Part shown: one piece after another, positions 12,749 through 27,030 of the stretch
Layout: every line of letters starts with the position of its first letter
Position numbering within the stretch: the first letter of the stretch is position 1
DNA from: Xylographa opegraphella
Taxonomy: Eukaryota
DNA length: 64,000 nt
Direction of reading: 5' to 3'
Assembly (NCBI GenBank): GCA_022813865.1
Contig: JALDZX010000002.1
Location: 248,001 to 312,000, forward strand
Made by a program: the position numbers and the translations under genes
The notes under the pieces: generated by a model
What the model saw: the letters and a program-made list of their open reading frames with translations, nothing else
Told to the model about the DNA's origin: nothing
The model's database searches: none

Positions 12749-14082
12749 ATGGCAGTCGTCGAAGACGCGGCTTCTGTTCTTGAACAATTCATACAGGATG
12801 GTAACGTCGTGCAATGATACTTCGACCACGTTATGCGACAGCATAGCTAACGACATATGTAGTCGCAAATCTCCCAGCCGAAATCGCTCATCTGCTGGAG
12901 GAGATTGAAGCGAAAGACAAAGTCATCCAGGACTGCCGGAATGTCATCCACACGCGCGACTCCAGCATCCAGAAACATCTAAAGTCCAACAGCGCCGGGC
13001 AGCCGAATCCGAAGGAAGATGCGTACGGCAAAGCGATCCTGTCAAGCTTCGACAAGGCTAAAGCCATCCAGGATGAAAAGTGTGGGCTGAGTGAGAAAGC
13101 CGGCATTCTCGTACGCATTTTCCCTAGCACACAGCTGCCATCAACGTCCCCATGTGCGTACTAATTCATCTCACAGCTGGACCGCCAGATCAGGCGTCTA
13201 GACCTCCAGCTCCGCGCCCTCCAAAACGAAGGCATCATCCCCCCGGACCCGCTCCTCCCTTCCCTCCTTAACTCCACCTCTGGCAACCGGCTCCCACCCC
13301 TCTCGGTCTCCACCACCGGCACGAGCACCCCCCTTCACCCCATCAACTCTAACATCGCATCTGCCGCCCCCTCCACCACCATCGCACACCTCCCCCTCGC
13401 CCGCCTAGTCCAGCCGCAGTCCTCTCAACGGAACCCTCCCACCACCACGAACCCGCTCCCCCCTACTCCCACCATCCAGCTCCACCCCACCCGCGACTCA
13501 TCCCTCGACTCCAAGCGGCGCCGCCTTAACAACCTCCCTGCCGCGAGTTCCTCCCTCCGCCAATCCTCCCTCGGTCCCGGCACCCCCAAAGCCGGCACCC
13601 CCGTCGTCCGCGCCGGCAGCGCGGGCCCACGCGCAGCAGCCAACAAGAAACCCGTCAAAGGTTCCCTAGCCCCACACCAACGCCTCGCGCACCTCAATCC
13701 TCTGCAGGCGAAGAAGAACGGCCGGCGCAAAGCCTCGCGCAAAGGTCTCTCGGGGCTCAAGCCTTCGCCGTCGGAAACCGGGGACGACTCGGCGCTTAGC
13801 GAAGTGGAGAACTCGGAGTCGGAATTGCGGGGCAGAGGTGGGAGTGAACGGGTGGAAGGGGACGTGGAGATGGGGGGCGTGGAGGAGGATGAGGATGGGG
13901 GCGAGGGCGATGATCGCAAGTATTGTACTTGTCGGAGCGTGAGCTATGGTAACATGGTCGCGTGCGACAATGAGGAGTGTGCGTATGAGTGGTTTCATTG
14001 GAACTGCGTGGGCATGACCAGGGAGCCGGCGGGGAAGTGGTATTGTGAGGAGTGCAGGGTGAAGTTGGGAATCAAAGGGTAA
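12749..14082 (+). CDS. YNG2: ING-family PHD finger protein (Yng2-like)
   Basis: [34 protein letters not shown] domain; C-terminal [38 protein letters not shown]; two introns near 12801 and 13111. Confidence 0.9.
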
Positions 14083-14535
14083 GGAATGGCAGGACTGGCG
14101 AGGCGAGGCGCCCAAGGTAGAACTTCCGTGTATGATACCTATCTGGTCACTAGGCGAAAAGTGTGATCTGGAGGATAGTCGAAGTGGCCTATCCTGACTG
14201 TCAGCAATATCGTGAAGGAACAAACTTATCAAAATCAGACCATGCACTCAATATAGGCCTCTTACAGTGTTGGGAATCGCTTTTATCTGAGAAATGTCAG
14301 ACTAGAAAACATCCGCATGTTGAAAGCATTCGCAGACGTAGTTACGAAGGAGAAGGGTATCATAAACAAAACCAAGCGCTCTGCCTATGTATTGGACGCC
14401 ATGCTTAAAATTCAAACCGTCGTTATGTCGTCATCATCAAGCAGAAGCCTCTCCTTGATATCTGTGTTCACCTGCAACCATTACAGGCTCTGTGGATTGT
14501 TTTCTTGGTCTGTCGTTGAATTAGTTTGAATCATG

Positions 14536-15902
14536 CTACCCGAAATCGACGCTAGGTCGAGTTGCGGGAGCATTTGCTAGGCCGCTAGGAGCTCCATAGA
14601 ACTTTTTCGAGTCTCGAAGCTGTACTTGTGGTCCACTTAGGCCTCGTGGCGGTGAGTGCTGCGGAAAAGTCATCCCCGGTGGGCTTTTTGAATATACAAC
14701 TGATTGTGGCCGTGGGGCTCCAGCATGCGTTGCGAAGAAGTGCGGCGAAAGTGTGTGCTGTTTTCTCAGCTGCGAGTTCGGTATGTGATCTCGCTCATCG
14801 TACGGACTATGAGCCGAATGCCTTCTTCCATACTTGTCGTAATAGGGCTGTGGTAGTTGGTCGTGAATCTCTTGGTAGTGCAAAGATGTGGGGCTAGAAG
14901 ACCTTTCTTCACTCGTGAAAGCGTCGTCGGTCTCGGAGCCCGACGTGATGGAAAGATTTCTTGATCGAGAACTTGAAGACCTTTGGCGGTGTGAGCGCTC
15001 GGTAGGCGTTGCATCTCCATCGTGCCACTGCGCATCGTTATGTGGTAAACTTCTTCGACGATGGTGGTGATAATTACGGGATGGTCGTCTCTCTTGGGGT
15101 AGATCGGCCGATCGATGCACCTTCGAAGACGCAGTCTTTGCCCTTGAATAGGAGTTCATACGAAGTGGCGACAGCATCGGCCGAACTTTGACGAAAGGGG
15201 TCCCGTCGGTAGTTGATCTCTCATCGGCAGAAGAACATGAAGCAATGTCGTCTTCTCCTACTCTCCCAGTTCCTCCATGCTCTATTACCCTTTGTCCCTT
15301 CGCTTCGGTCTGGAGTCTCCCGAGAGTCATGTCGTGCCATCTGGTCATCCCGGGATCGGCTTCTGCCGGAAAAGCAGACCGCGGAAGAATCTTTGGAAAT
15401 GGCTGTCTATCAGTAGGGTCCTTGATTTCGAGGGTTTTCAGAGCCTCCTGTAGAAATGCAACATGTTCCTTTGGGCCCAACAGGATCTGTATTGTCTGCC
15501 ATCTTACAAACCCCTCCGGAGTAAGAGCTGGTATTGAAGGACTGGCAAACGGATTCTGAACCGGTTGTAATGTATGGTAGCACCCAAGCGCTCGATATAT
15601 GTAGGAGAGCCCCGAGTGAGATGTCTCGAGGAAGACGACATCATAGTTTCCGCCCACTAATCTGTAAAATGCAGCGAGCTTTGCGGGCGAGAGGCATCGA
15701 ACTTGCCATGGAGCAACCTCCTTACTCTGCGAGAAGATCAGTAAAGGCACAAAGGAAGCTCATCTGAAGGGCTGAGTGACTGCCAGCTTACGATATAATG
15801 CGCGATACCCAGAAGAAGCTCTTCGAGGCGGGGAGTAGGGGCATTGTCGGGTTCGATCAGGTAGCCCCAGTAATCCTTGATAGCAGGTGGACAGCTTCCC
15901 AT
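14536..15902 (-). CDS. Conserved fungal hypothetical protein (DUF7514-like N-terminal domain, disordered Ser/Arg-rich tail)
   Basis: YWGYLI..LLLGIAHYI, intron 15727..15791, LSPAKLAAFYRLVGGNYD..PALTPEGFVRWQTIQILLGP; family name from memory. Confidence 0.65.
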
Positions 15903-16357
15903 GATGGCAGTAACAGACGGATCGTAATTCTCATGATGCTCAGAGGGCGGATATGGGAGGGTCCACCTCTCTTGTAGGAGGCAAATAATTCCGGAGGCCT
16001 CCTGCCATCGTCCTAGGGCCACATGCTACGAGACGCAGCAGTCAATCACGGCCTGCCAAGGCTCCGTCCGTCCATTGTCCCGTTTCGCCGCTAGGTCCTT
16101 CCACATAGTCCGGCACTAGTAAGAACTAATGCAGGAAGCTCTAGCGTGGGGGCGTGTTACGGATCTCGAATATCAAACCAGGTACCTACCTATACTGATT
16201 CCGAATTCATCTCTGGGTTTAAATTTCGAGTAATGCATTTCGGGCTGGAGCACATCATCTAGACTTCTGGTGGATAAGCAAAAACGAATGCGATGATTCG
16301 GATTCTAGTTCTCTGTTGGTTATGATAAAAAACTTGGAAAGGTGAACCACACGCAGC

Positions 16358-18041
16358 ATGGCGAAATCAGCCATAGTACACGACTACCATCATCCTCAAC
16401 CTGGATCGACTCCGACTTTCACTCTCGACGAAAAGGTCCAACATGCTATACTGCAGAACGGTATCGAAAGGCCGAAAGGTTATACAGTATCCTACCATGG
16501 GAATCCTGCAGTCGAGCGACAACATTTTGGCGAAAGGCATCCCATGAAGCCTTGGAGGTTGACCCTTACCAATAAGATAGTCCTCGCGTATGGTATGCAC
16601 GATGCGATGGATCTCTATCTCTCAAGGGCTGCTACACATCAAGAGCTTACGGAATTTCATACCGAGGATTATATTGATTTCTTGCAAAGGTATTTGGGAA
16701 CCGGAAGTGACATTTGCCATTCCCACTATTCTATCTTTCTGTTATTTGGTTTTGCAGTTTTTTACTGCTACTATATTCATCGCGACTCTTATCTCCCAAA
16801 GATCTTCACAGCGAAGCCGAATTATATTTCATCCCTATCATCATTTCTCCTATCTCTCACAACCGCAACTTACCCCTTTCCCACAGAACCACCCCCGACA
16901 ACTTCTCCGTCACCGCCGACGACAACCGCTTCAACATCGGCGACGACTGCCCCATCTTCGACGGCCTCTACACCTACGCCTCTCTCTACGCCGGCGCCTC
17001 CCTGGACGCAGCCCGCAAACTGACCAGCCATCAATCCCTCATCGCAATCAACTGGTCCGGCGGCTTGCACCACGCCAAGAAGTCCGAAGCCTCCGGCTTC
17101 TGCTACATCAACGACATCGTGCTCTCCATCCTGCAACTCCTGCGCCACCACCCGCGCGTCCTGTACATCGACATCGACGTGCACCACGGCGACGGCGTCG
17201 AGCAAGCCTTCTGGTCCACGGACCGCGTGATGACGCTTTCCTTCCACAAGTACTGCAAGGTACCCTCCCCCACTCTCATTCACCCCTTCAGACTCCCCAC
17301 TGACCGCGCCCGCGCGTACAAACCCCTGACCGCTGGAACAAGGAGACCTTCTTCCCCGGCACCGGGCCCCTCGACAGCACGGGCCCACCCAACCCCTCCA
17401 ACCCCGGCGCGCACCACTCCCTCAACGTGCCCCTTCACGACGGCATCGAAGACGACCAGTACACGCGCCTGTTCGCCGACATCGTCGGCCCCGCCGTCGC
17501 GACCTACAACCCCACCGCCATCGTGCTGCAATGCGGCGCCGACTCGCTCGGCGGCGACCGCCTGGGCTGCTTCAACCTCGGCATCAAGGCGCACGGCTCC
17601 TGCCTCGCCTTCGTTAAGAAGTTCAACATGCCCACGCTGGTGCTCGGCGGGGGCGGCTATACGCCGCGCAACGTGGCGCGGCTGTGGGCGTACGAGACGA
17701 GCCTGTGCATCGGCGCCGAGGTGCACGACAAGATGCCGTCGCACACGCCCTTCCTCGAGTATTTCGAGGACAACCGCACCCTGTTCCCGCCGCTGGGGCA
17801 GATCAACAAGAAATTCGAGAACCGCAATACGCCGAAGTACTTGCAGAGCTTGGTGATGGGCATCCGGGAGTCGCTGCGCTACGTGGAGGGGAGCCCGAGC
17901 GTGCAGATGCAGCACATACCGCCGGATCTAGGGCCGGTGAGGGAGGAAGTGGACGAGGAGATTAGGAGGGAGAGGGAGGAGGAGGGGGCGGCGCGGAGGC
18001 AAAGGGAGAGGGGGAGGGGAGTCAGAGGGGAGTTGTATTGA
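16358..18041 (+). CDS. HOS2: Class I histone deacetylase, Hos2/HosA type
   Basis: [67 protein letters not shown]; introns 16690..16886 and 17260..17342. Confidence 0.93.
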
Positions 18042-18392
18042 CGGATACCCGTGGTTTACGGATGGGGCGTTGTCGGAGGGCGTCCCTCTATTGCTACACG
18101 CCTTAGGTTACCTGCATCCATGGGGTAGCTTCCACAGGAAGAAGCCCTACCTTGTGCTAAGTAACCGATAAAAGTTTGGTTGCCTTATATTGTGTTCTTT
18201 CTGAATTGTCGGTTCTCTATAGTGAAAGTAAAGGACCATCGATTTGTGAACTATGATTGAGCATGCGCTCGGGATATCAAACAGAAAGTCCAGTTCCACT
18301 GCCTGCAAGTCCTCAATATTTTGGAGCTCCACACTCCCATGCTAGCGTACAAGCCATTATGAGGAGCGATTGTAGGCTGTAGTATTTTTTGA

Positions 18393-20447
18393 TCAGGTCC
18401 CAGCTCGTGAAGCTCCGTCGTCAGCGTCGACGAATTCGTCGACTGTACCGCTGTTAGAATCTTGTCTTTGAAGAGGTTGTTCAGGTTGTAATGGTGCCTG
18501 TAGACCAGGATGTGAGATGTTATCCTGCGTATAATGAGTATTAGGTGGTAAAGTGGGACGCTCGACTTCAGCATTGTTGTCGAAATTGATCAAATCGTCT
18601 TGCTTAGAAGTAGCTGGAGCGGGAGTGGTGTGCATGACTGGAGCTGGAGCATGCTGGTTGGTGCTTTTTGATGGTGTGGGGGGATTTTGTACCTGTTGAG
18701 ACTGCAGTTGCGGTTTCTGTGAAGATTCTGGTTTCTGCGCCTGTTGTTGCTGACCCTTGAGTATTGGCGTTATTGCCAGAATCTGCTTTACCTTCTCTTC
18801 CGGTGTAGCACCATTACTACTCTTATTAGTCTACAAAAAATGTAACAAGCCTCGAGATATACTAACATTTCTGCATTCAGTATGAAGTCAAGGTCTTCTT
18901 CGCCTTCTTCAGGTCCACCAGGTCCACCACGTACTGGCCGGAACAACTTTGGCTGCCATTCAATCCCCTTGCTCTGACGTTGCGCAGCTTCTTCTCTTTG
19001 CATGTCTTCGATTTTGGTTTTCTCGTCAGTAGCAACTTCGTGGTTCTGATCCTTAATGGCAAGCACTGTTCTGTACCAAAGCTTCTGCGACTCTCGATCG
19101 GACTGCTCTTCTAAAGGTCGAGCAACTGGTGAAGTATGCCTTGCACGGGTTGCATCGAAGAGAACCTCCTTCTTTCCTGTCTATTGGTCGGTCAGTATAG
19201 ACTTATCGAGTATGTGCGTTGGGAAACTAACCTTCACATTCTTGATCGACATCTCGCCACTCCACATGCCAGACAATTCGAATAAGATTTCTCCAGTTTT
19301 CTCGTTCTTGATAGTCCCGCCAATGGCATTGTATGTACCACCAAAATAGCCCTTGGTTTTGAATTCCATATCTGCACTAAGATGGTTCTCGGGGCAGCGC
19401 ACAAAACTATGATCACCTAATTCGTATTTCATCTTGCCAAATAATATGCCCCTGGCGTACATATTGGGTTGAGTGACAAAGCTATATATACACCATGATT
19501 AGTGCTTTAGACTTTACAACTAATGTCCGGGCATTGCCTTTGACCTACTATTTCTCTCCACCTCGTGTTTTACCCCTGTTCATGAATCGCAAAATCGCTA
19601 TGCCTTCCATCAAACTCGCAGCGGAGTTACCAAGAAACTTGCTTCGCGGCTTTAATGTCCCGTCAATCCTTATATTGTGTTCAGGCGCCATGTAAAAGTA
19701 ACTCGATTTGGGTGGGTGATGACACGTCTGCTCGGAGATGTAGTACCCTTTCGTTTTATCCGCATATTCCCAGTAGCATGTAAACGTTTCCCCAAGGATT
19801 GGATTGAGAGGCTTCTTGACGCCCCTACAAACAATTTAGTTCGAGCCACAAGTCGAGTCCTGGGTGAGGCCCCTTACTGAGGTCTGATATGCCAACCACT
19901 CAAGTAGAACTTCACTACCGATACAAATCGATCTATGGGATCGTCGATATCTGGCATTGGTAACAAAGTCTCCGGATGGGCCATGAAACTGAAGGAGTAT
20001 GGCATCAGCTCTGGAAAACTCCTACGTATTCACCGATGCCCTCTCACTTTGTAATTCTCTCCAGCATGGACCGCGGTTCTAAAATGAAAGTTGGTAGAAC
20101 CACCCTGCTCAAGTCCGCGCCTGGCCGCAGTTGGGAGATAATATGTGACAGAACTATTTTCACGATTAGGACTATATCCACGACGCCAACACTGTCCATA
20201 GGACTTCAAGGCGCTTGACTGACTATTGCCCTGGTCCGGCTCGACAACTAAAATTGGGTTAGTGGATAGCTTCGCGGTTGAGCACATCGCCTTACCTGTC
20301 TCATCATCCTCCGGGTTGCCATGCTGTGGTTCTCCTGTCGACCCCTCTGTGGATTACGTGGTCAGTACCATGCGACAAAGTCGGGATTCATCGACCTGGT
20401 GGCTTTCACGTACTAGAGACGGACTGGCGGTGATGTCCAAGCTTCAT
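18393..20447 (-). CDS. Oxysterol-binding protein, Osh6/Osh7 type
   Basis: Multi-exon; [53 protein letters not shown]; start MKLGHHRQ at 20447 inferred. Confidence 0.9.
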
Positions 20448-20950
20448 CTTGAAGAGCTTCCGAGAGGAATGTAGCCCGTGGCGGCTTGTTCATGTGCGGA
20501 GTAGGGCGCAAAATAGCTTGGAAGGCACCGAGATGGATCCGAGGACAAGTTGGGAAGGAAGTGAAGTAATTTCTAAGCAGACGGGATTCCTGAGCAGACG
20601 GGAGACCGAGGGCGAGGATGGGGGATCCAGATGAAGCTGAAAGCGGGACCAGCTGTTCGGCGAGTGACGCAGGTTGCAGGGCTGGGCAGGATTCTATTGT
20701 TTGCTGACGTTGAGCGCCGGAGTCCCGCCTGTAGAGCCCCGCTATTCTTGGCAAAGGGAGACGGTCTTAGGGGAGAATTTCACACGAAAGGAGGGTTGAT
20801 TGTCAGAGGACTACGGAGGACACTGCCTAGACCAGCTGTGTCTCGCAGATGTTGTGTAGACATTTTCTGAAACATTGGTTCTCACCGCGTTTGTACTCCC
20901 TGTCTATTCTATTCTATTCTAACAAGTCTGGGGAAATACCCGAATGGAGA

Positions 20951-21775
20951 TCACGCTGCTTTCGCGCTCAAAGGAATGTCCCCATTCGTAATCTGTTGCA
21001 CAAACCTTGGGTCAGGATCGTAGAGCATGACGTGGAAGTGCTCGATGGCATGCAAACTCTTCAGGCTTGACCAGTTTTTGAAGTATATCACCTAACAGGA
21101 TCAGGCTTGGTCCTGACTGGGTACTTTGAAGGAGTACCTACATTTTGGCTGGGGACTTTACTACAGAAGGTTTTGTTAACATAGTCATCGATATACTTCC
21201 TCGCTTCCGGAGTCAAGTCATCTGTCACAGGATCATCCTCGAGGTCAAACTTTGTCCAGATGACTAGGTGCACGATCTTCTCGTCGACTCCATATGGCCA
21301 ATCATTGTAGAGGATCTTAATGTCGGCTACCAATGGGAATCAATTAGCACGGTCTCGTCAACACATCGAAGCTGGTTCTCATTTTACCAGGCTCGCTGAA
21401 AGGCTCAGAAAAGCTGGGTGTGAGATCCGTCCATTGCAGCCGCTCTTTCAGTACAAAATCCATGACCGATCCATACTCCTTTTTCAGTTTGAAATTATAC
21501 GCAAGGTATTTGCGAAGATCTGAAGGTATCCTTTGAAAAAGGTCGATACGGTTGGTCCCTTCCGAGAATTAGACGGGTTCGTGCATCGTGAACGTGATAT
21601 CCGTACTGATGATTTGCTGCACCTCTTCCCATGTCTGCCGGGAGTATTCAGAGTCCGGTGTAGCTAGAATGCCTCGGTCCTTGGTATTGGCATTGACCAA
21701 GAATTCTGGACAATCTGTTGGCCATTGATCTTGGGGTATATTGACCAACCAGTACGGCAGATATTCGCCTTTCAT
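20951..21775 (-). CDS. DUF3605 / GIG1-like protein
   Basis: TWEEVQQII..DLFQR..ILYNDWPYG..HLVIWTK..FKNWSSLKS..EHFHV; three introns. Confidence 0.82.
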
Positions 21776-22834
21776 ATTGATAGATTGCTAGTAGTAAAGC
21801 TGTAGATGGTTCTGATGTTGGTAAAAGAGCGGCATTACCGGAGAACTTCCTCCGGCGCTAAATATAACGAATAACTGTTCAACCTCGCTTCTTTACCACC
21901 TCAAAGAGAACTATTAATCGTAAACTGAACCAAAATACTGTGGCTTGCAGCTAGCGAACTAGGTTTAAACGATTTCTCGAATCGTTGAGACTTAGTTCGC
22001 CAGGATGCGGCTCGACGATTCAAGCGTACAAGCGTTCTGATAAGTTCTGATAGTCTGATGCTTGTTGTTTCTCAAATGTTCCTATTGAGCCCTATCAGCT
22101 TCAATGATCTTGTTCTCACATAGCTATACTGGCTTCAGTCGCAGCTTCTTGGATCTCATTGCTAGTCTTGTTCGCTTCTTCGATCCTTGTTCGGTATCAT
22201 GTGCCCAAGGCGAAGATGCAGTCGAGGCCAACCCTAGTGCCTTCCTTGATATTCTCAAACGTTTAGATCCCTGTGGTCTAATGTCAGGCGAGCTGTATTG
22301 CATGCTGAAAATATTCGTGGCGGCCGGTAATATCGGTTGCAAAACCATAAAAGATTCGGCTTTGTTATTTGCGGCAATTGATGGAGCGTCCAAAAGGCCA
22401 ATAGCAATCTCCACACAGTAGACGAGGAATCTTCAAAGAATACACAAGCTGATGGAAGAGACAGGAATTGAAGTGGAAACAGAACCTTATTGATCAAGCA
22501 AAATCAGATCATCACAGATGCATTGTTATCGCATGGGAGGCGCCATGAATGGAGAACTGAGTCGAATTTTAAAGGTATCATGCAGGGACCGAACATCTTT
22601 GGACATGGCTCAGCATCATTGTTGAGGAAATTGCAGATTTAAATAATAATCTCATTATTGCAACACTCTCCGTGAATATTTCTTCCTGTGACTCAAGAGG
22701 ACTAGTCTACCCGTCGAACATCGATTTTAATATTATTTGACAACCCACTGTTGTGTTCTACCAGCTGATAATAGGAGTACATTATTACCTCCTTGCGCCC
22801 CAATAGTGAAACAGGCCTGGTAGCTCGACACGAG

Positions 22835-24886
22835 ATGGCGGCACAAGTAGATTTTGCTCCTGATGGCTGCAAAGACAATGAAGAATGCCAAAACCTGTAT
22901 AGCATGTCAGCCAGCCGCTGCAACAACGACACGAACTGGGATGAAGTTGCAAAGACGTGCACAAAGCTTCGCACGGGCGTTTCTTGCACTGTCAATCCAC
23001 AATTTACTGTGGGCTGGCAGTATCTCTCAAAGCTTATCAACTTCGATGATGGGGTCCAGTGGGCCATCCACGTTCCGCTGGACTATACTGGCCCAGGAAC
23101 GACTTCAAGCATCATTGATCGAATGAGCCGCAAGGTGGCAACATACAAGTTTTTGAAGTGAGCATTTTATGTCAGTACTTCCGCTGTAGCTAACATGGCT
23201 AGACAAAAAACCGCTATCCCGGTCCCTGATGTTCATGGCTATAGTGTCAATATCGACCCTAGCATCGGAAATCCATATATCCTGCTGACCCATGTTAATG
23301 GCACACTAGCGGCCAGACTTGAAGATTACGCTGAGATGAGTCTTCGTGTCCAAACGGAGATGATGAAGGTAATGGTTGAATTGGCATCACACAAATTCGA
23401 CAAAATCGGTAGCCTAGCTATAGACAATGATGGCCAGTACTACATTGGGAAGGATATGGACATCAATGCTGGGCCGTTCGAAACAGCCGAAGAGTACTAT
23501 GATGCTCTCAGCATACATCACTTCCTTGACTTCACGAAGTATCATTTTCGACATAACGTCTCCGCGGAGTCATGCCCTTCACTCCATCTACCGTTCATGT
23601 TCAATAATTATGTGCGCATCTACGCAGACTGTGCAAACAATAATCGTCCATTTCCGCTTGTCTACCCCGGGTTCGGTACGCACAATATCGTCCTTGACCG
23701 AGCAAATAAGATAATCTGTGTGAACGATGTGGACAATATCATGGCTGCACCGATTCTTTTTGCTGCCCAGCTACCCAGAACTTATTCGCTGAATCTGCCA
23801 CCCCCAGGTCGAGAACCCATATTTTCGATGCCAAGCTTGGGGTTGGAAGAAGGACTACCACAGTGTGCACGATTCGTCAAGATGTTCAGAGATGAAGAAG
23901 AGCGGCACGATCCGCTAACTCCAATAGCAAACTGCATGCTATCCGATAGTGCCAGGCTCGTGGAAGGTCTGAACAGTTACGGTCAGATGCGGATCAAATG
24001 TAGCAATGAGTGGGTGCGAGGTTATCTTTATATGTATTACCACTGGCAAGCGGGTAAGCCATTCTTCGAATTTTGTTGATATAACTAAACATAATTAGGA
24101 AAAGCGGATGCGAAAGAATTTTTCGAGGTCCGTTTTCTGGAAGACGATAAAGAAGTCGAAAATCTGGGCGTCGCCAGCAGCTCTGCTAGTCCTTATCCTG
24201 GAGTCGAGGCAGGTGATGATCTAGAATCAGAGCCTGGATCCCCTTTCCTACCGATCGTTCCGAAACGGAAGCATATCGCATCGCACTTGGGACTTACAGA
24301 AGCGCAACAAGAAGACATCATGCACTTGCATAGGGCATTACAGATGGACTCTGCACGCCTGGTACCTGACAGGACGGTGTTCGGAACTCCCCAGACCAAA
24401 TCCGCCATGGATGATGACCGCTGCATATTTCAATCTTTGCCTGTCGGCGAAGTAGTCGATGATCGCTCCAGCCGCAAAGGATCATCGTGGTTGAGTAACT
24501 TTTGGAGGCCTGCCAGTAAACCTCTCGTGGCTCTTCAGCAACCCTCACCGACCAAAATTGCTCGGATGAGATCCCTACGGAAAAATTTCTCTTCCGACAG
24601 TTTCCGAACCACTCTTACTGGCTCGAAGACACTTGACAATGTTGGCCTTGTATCCATTCCTGGTCGCTTTCCCGACTCCGATTATGAGCAGTTCGGTCGT
24701 GATCAGAATACGGTGGGTGCGGAACATGCTGTGGGTAATAACGTTATCAATGAATCGCATAATCCTTTGGGAGGATTCGCGGGATTGACGTTGGACGATG
24801 ATAATGAAATATACCATGATGCTGCAGTCCCGCAAGATGGGCATAGAGAAAGTGGAATCTACGGTGACGAGCGTCCTTTGCTCTAA
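22835..24886 (+). CDS. Aminoglycoside-phosphotransferase (APH)/kinase-like protein with degenerate active site
   Basis: INFDDGVQWAIHVP, TAIPVPDVHGY, PYILL, FDKIGSL, GPFETAEEYY; introns ~23158..23201 and near 24054. Confidence 0.72.
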
Positions 24887-26209
24887 GTCAACCGTCCGTT
24901 GTCGACGTATTTTGGAAGAGCTGGTCTCTTCCTTAGCAATGCGTCTACAGTGCTTGGTTTGACAGATAGAGTGGAGAAGCTTGGAAATGGTGATGTTGGC
25001 TACTTGGATTTCTAGCTGTTGCTTCTACTTAAAGCTGCTAGCTTCGCCACATGGAAGCGCAGATCAAGCGAACGAGATGACTTGCTAAAGGGCGAGATCA
25101 CGAATGTAAACTCGCTTTCGGATCTTTCGTCGTAATCGTATATGATATTGTGAATTTCAGGAGTAAACCCAGTGATAATAGTCGACCCCGGCGCTCACAC
25201 ACTGCTATTCTCCTTGAGGTTCGTTTGCATCACGCCTCTTCCCTTTCTTTGACTTGTCTTGGAATCAATACAACCTTGGAGGCCGGTAGCACCCATTGCT
25301 AGCCTGCTCGCACGTGTACCATAGGATTTCCCGCATAGACCTTATAAGGGACTACATCGGCGTAAGATTAAATAAATGAATAAATAACCCTCATTGCTCA
25401 GCAGTCACAATGAGTTAAGGCTACATTGTCAGAGCAGGTTTTCAACCATACACATTTCAACTCTGACGAGACACTGAATCATGCCTCCTACCACTCGGCG
25501 TAAAACCCATGTATAGCTCCAGTCAGTCGTTCGTATGCTTCCCTTCTGCACAAGTCGAGGGAAGTTGAGGGTTGGATTCGGTGAGGAGTACGGAGCGAAG
25601 ATCTCAAGCCTCAGAAAGCAATATATCTTTGGTTTGTTGTTTCAACGCTACAACTGCTTGGAGCCCAGATTCTGGCTCGTGGAGTTTGCTTCTCGACACA
25701 TATTATGACAGTAATTCAGTCCGGTGTTTTGAAGCTTTTGAGTCCTAAGGAGAATTCAGGCGGTTTGGGATCTCCAAAGTTACATTGTGTGGAAGAAGGA
25801 AGAACGCACGTCAAAGCAGATGGTACACATTTGAAGTAAGAAGAGTGTCAAGCCAACTAGGTTAAAGCTAAGATTTAGCTGAAGCAGCAATGGGGATTTT
25901 CAGACCGAAATTGGTAACGCGAAAGCGGTTCGAGCTTAGAGAGTAGCTGGTAGTGTTTACTCACTGGACGGATTTTCTTCTAACCGTCAAAATTGTAGTA
26001 CCCGTCTGCACTGGGCCTGACTATCGGCCATATGACGGTGATTCTGAACGAAATGGCCCGTCGGTCCCCATTGAGTGAACATCAGGCAATCAACCCGGAC
26101 AAGTGTCCTTTCGACTCTTTACTTAGAGTCTTACAAGTTCAACTTTTCGTTAACCAGCAGAACAACAATTGTCCCAAAGCTTAGCATTCAGCCTCCTCTG
26201 CCTAGATGA

Positions 26210-26728
26210 TCATCCTCGATCTCGGTCCCCTCCTATCCGTTCTAAAGCCTATACACCCACAAAGTTAGCCAACTCTACTCCACAGCATCCTTAGTCACAT
26301 TGGAAGCCTGGTGTTTACCTCTAGCATGACGACCGAGTTCCCACGGATAGCCTGATGCACATTAGTATATATCCTATGTCTGTCCTGTAACACATCACAC
26401 GCACCACCATCCCAATTCTGACCTTCTCCCCGCCGGCTTTTTCCTCTACTGCCTCATCTAGCACAATGTTTAGGAATACCTGAAACCAATCAGCACACGA
26501 ATCTATGCGGGAAGAGTACCAGTAACGGCAGGAAAAGACTGACATCGTAGCCGCGTAGAACACCAATGACCTTTCGGCTGCCGTTAAGCTGGACGAAAAG
26601 TCGTTTGTCCAGGTACTACGAACCACAGGTCTTATTAACGGGATTCTGCGAATACGGCGGGAGCGACAATCACAAAGAGGTAAAGGCATATAAAGTACCT
26701 TTTTTAGCTCTGGCTGAGCTTGAGGCAT
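26210..26728 (-). CDS. SMX2: Small nuclear ribonucleoprotein G (SmG)
   Basis: Five exons splice to [67 protein letters not shown]. Confidence 0.95.
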
Positions 26729-27030
26729 GGTGGATAATTGGCCTTCTATCGGACAACTGAGATGTCTAACTGGTTGCGCCTCGCGTATGAACAATTCCAA
26801 TTCGCGCTAAAACTGCGCTTGTTTTTACCGTTATGGGAAGTTCGCACGTGAAGTGTATTCGTGTGACCATCGCAAAGATTATCAATATCGCGACCCTTCT
26901 AATGACCTTCAAACCATATACGAAGGTTCTCGAACACTTCCTCCGTCGCCTCCACAACCGTTAAGCTTCCTCTCCACTCAACCTCACTTCTGTACGATTT
27001 ACCTCTCAGCTTGACCTCCGTAACAGCACT

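Noticed and set aside
16690..16886. Long HOS2 intron as a stwintron or snoRNA host
   Set aside because: An internal TTTTGCAG is present, but no nested donor/branch set or C/D or H/ACA boxes could be identified
22124..22414. 96-codon minus-strand ORF upstream of GIG1
   Set aside because: Non-ATG start, no motif, no convincing splice structure
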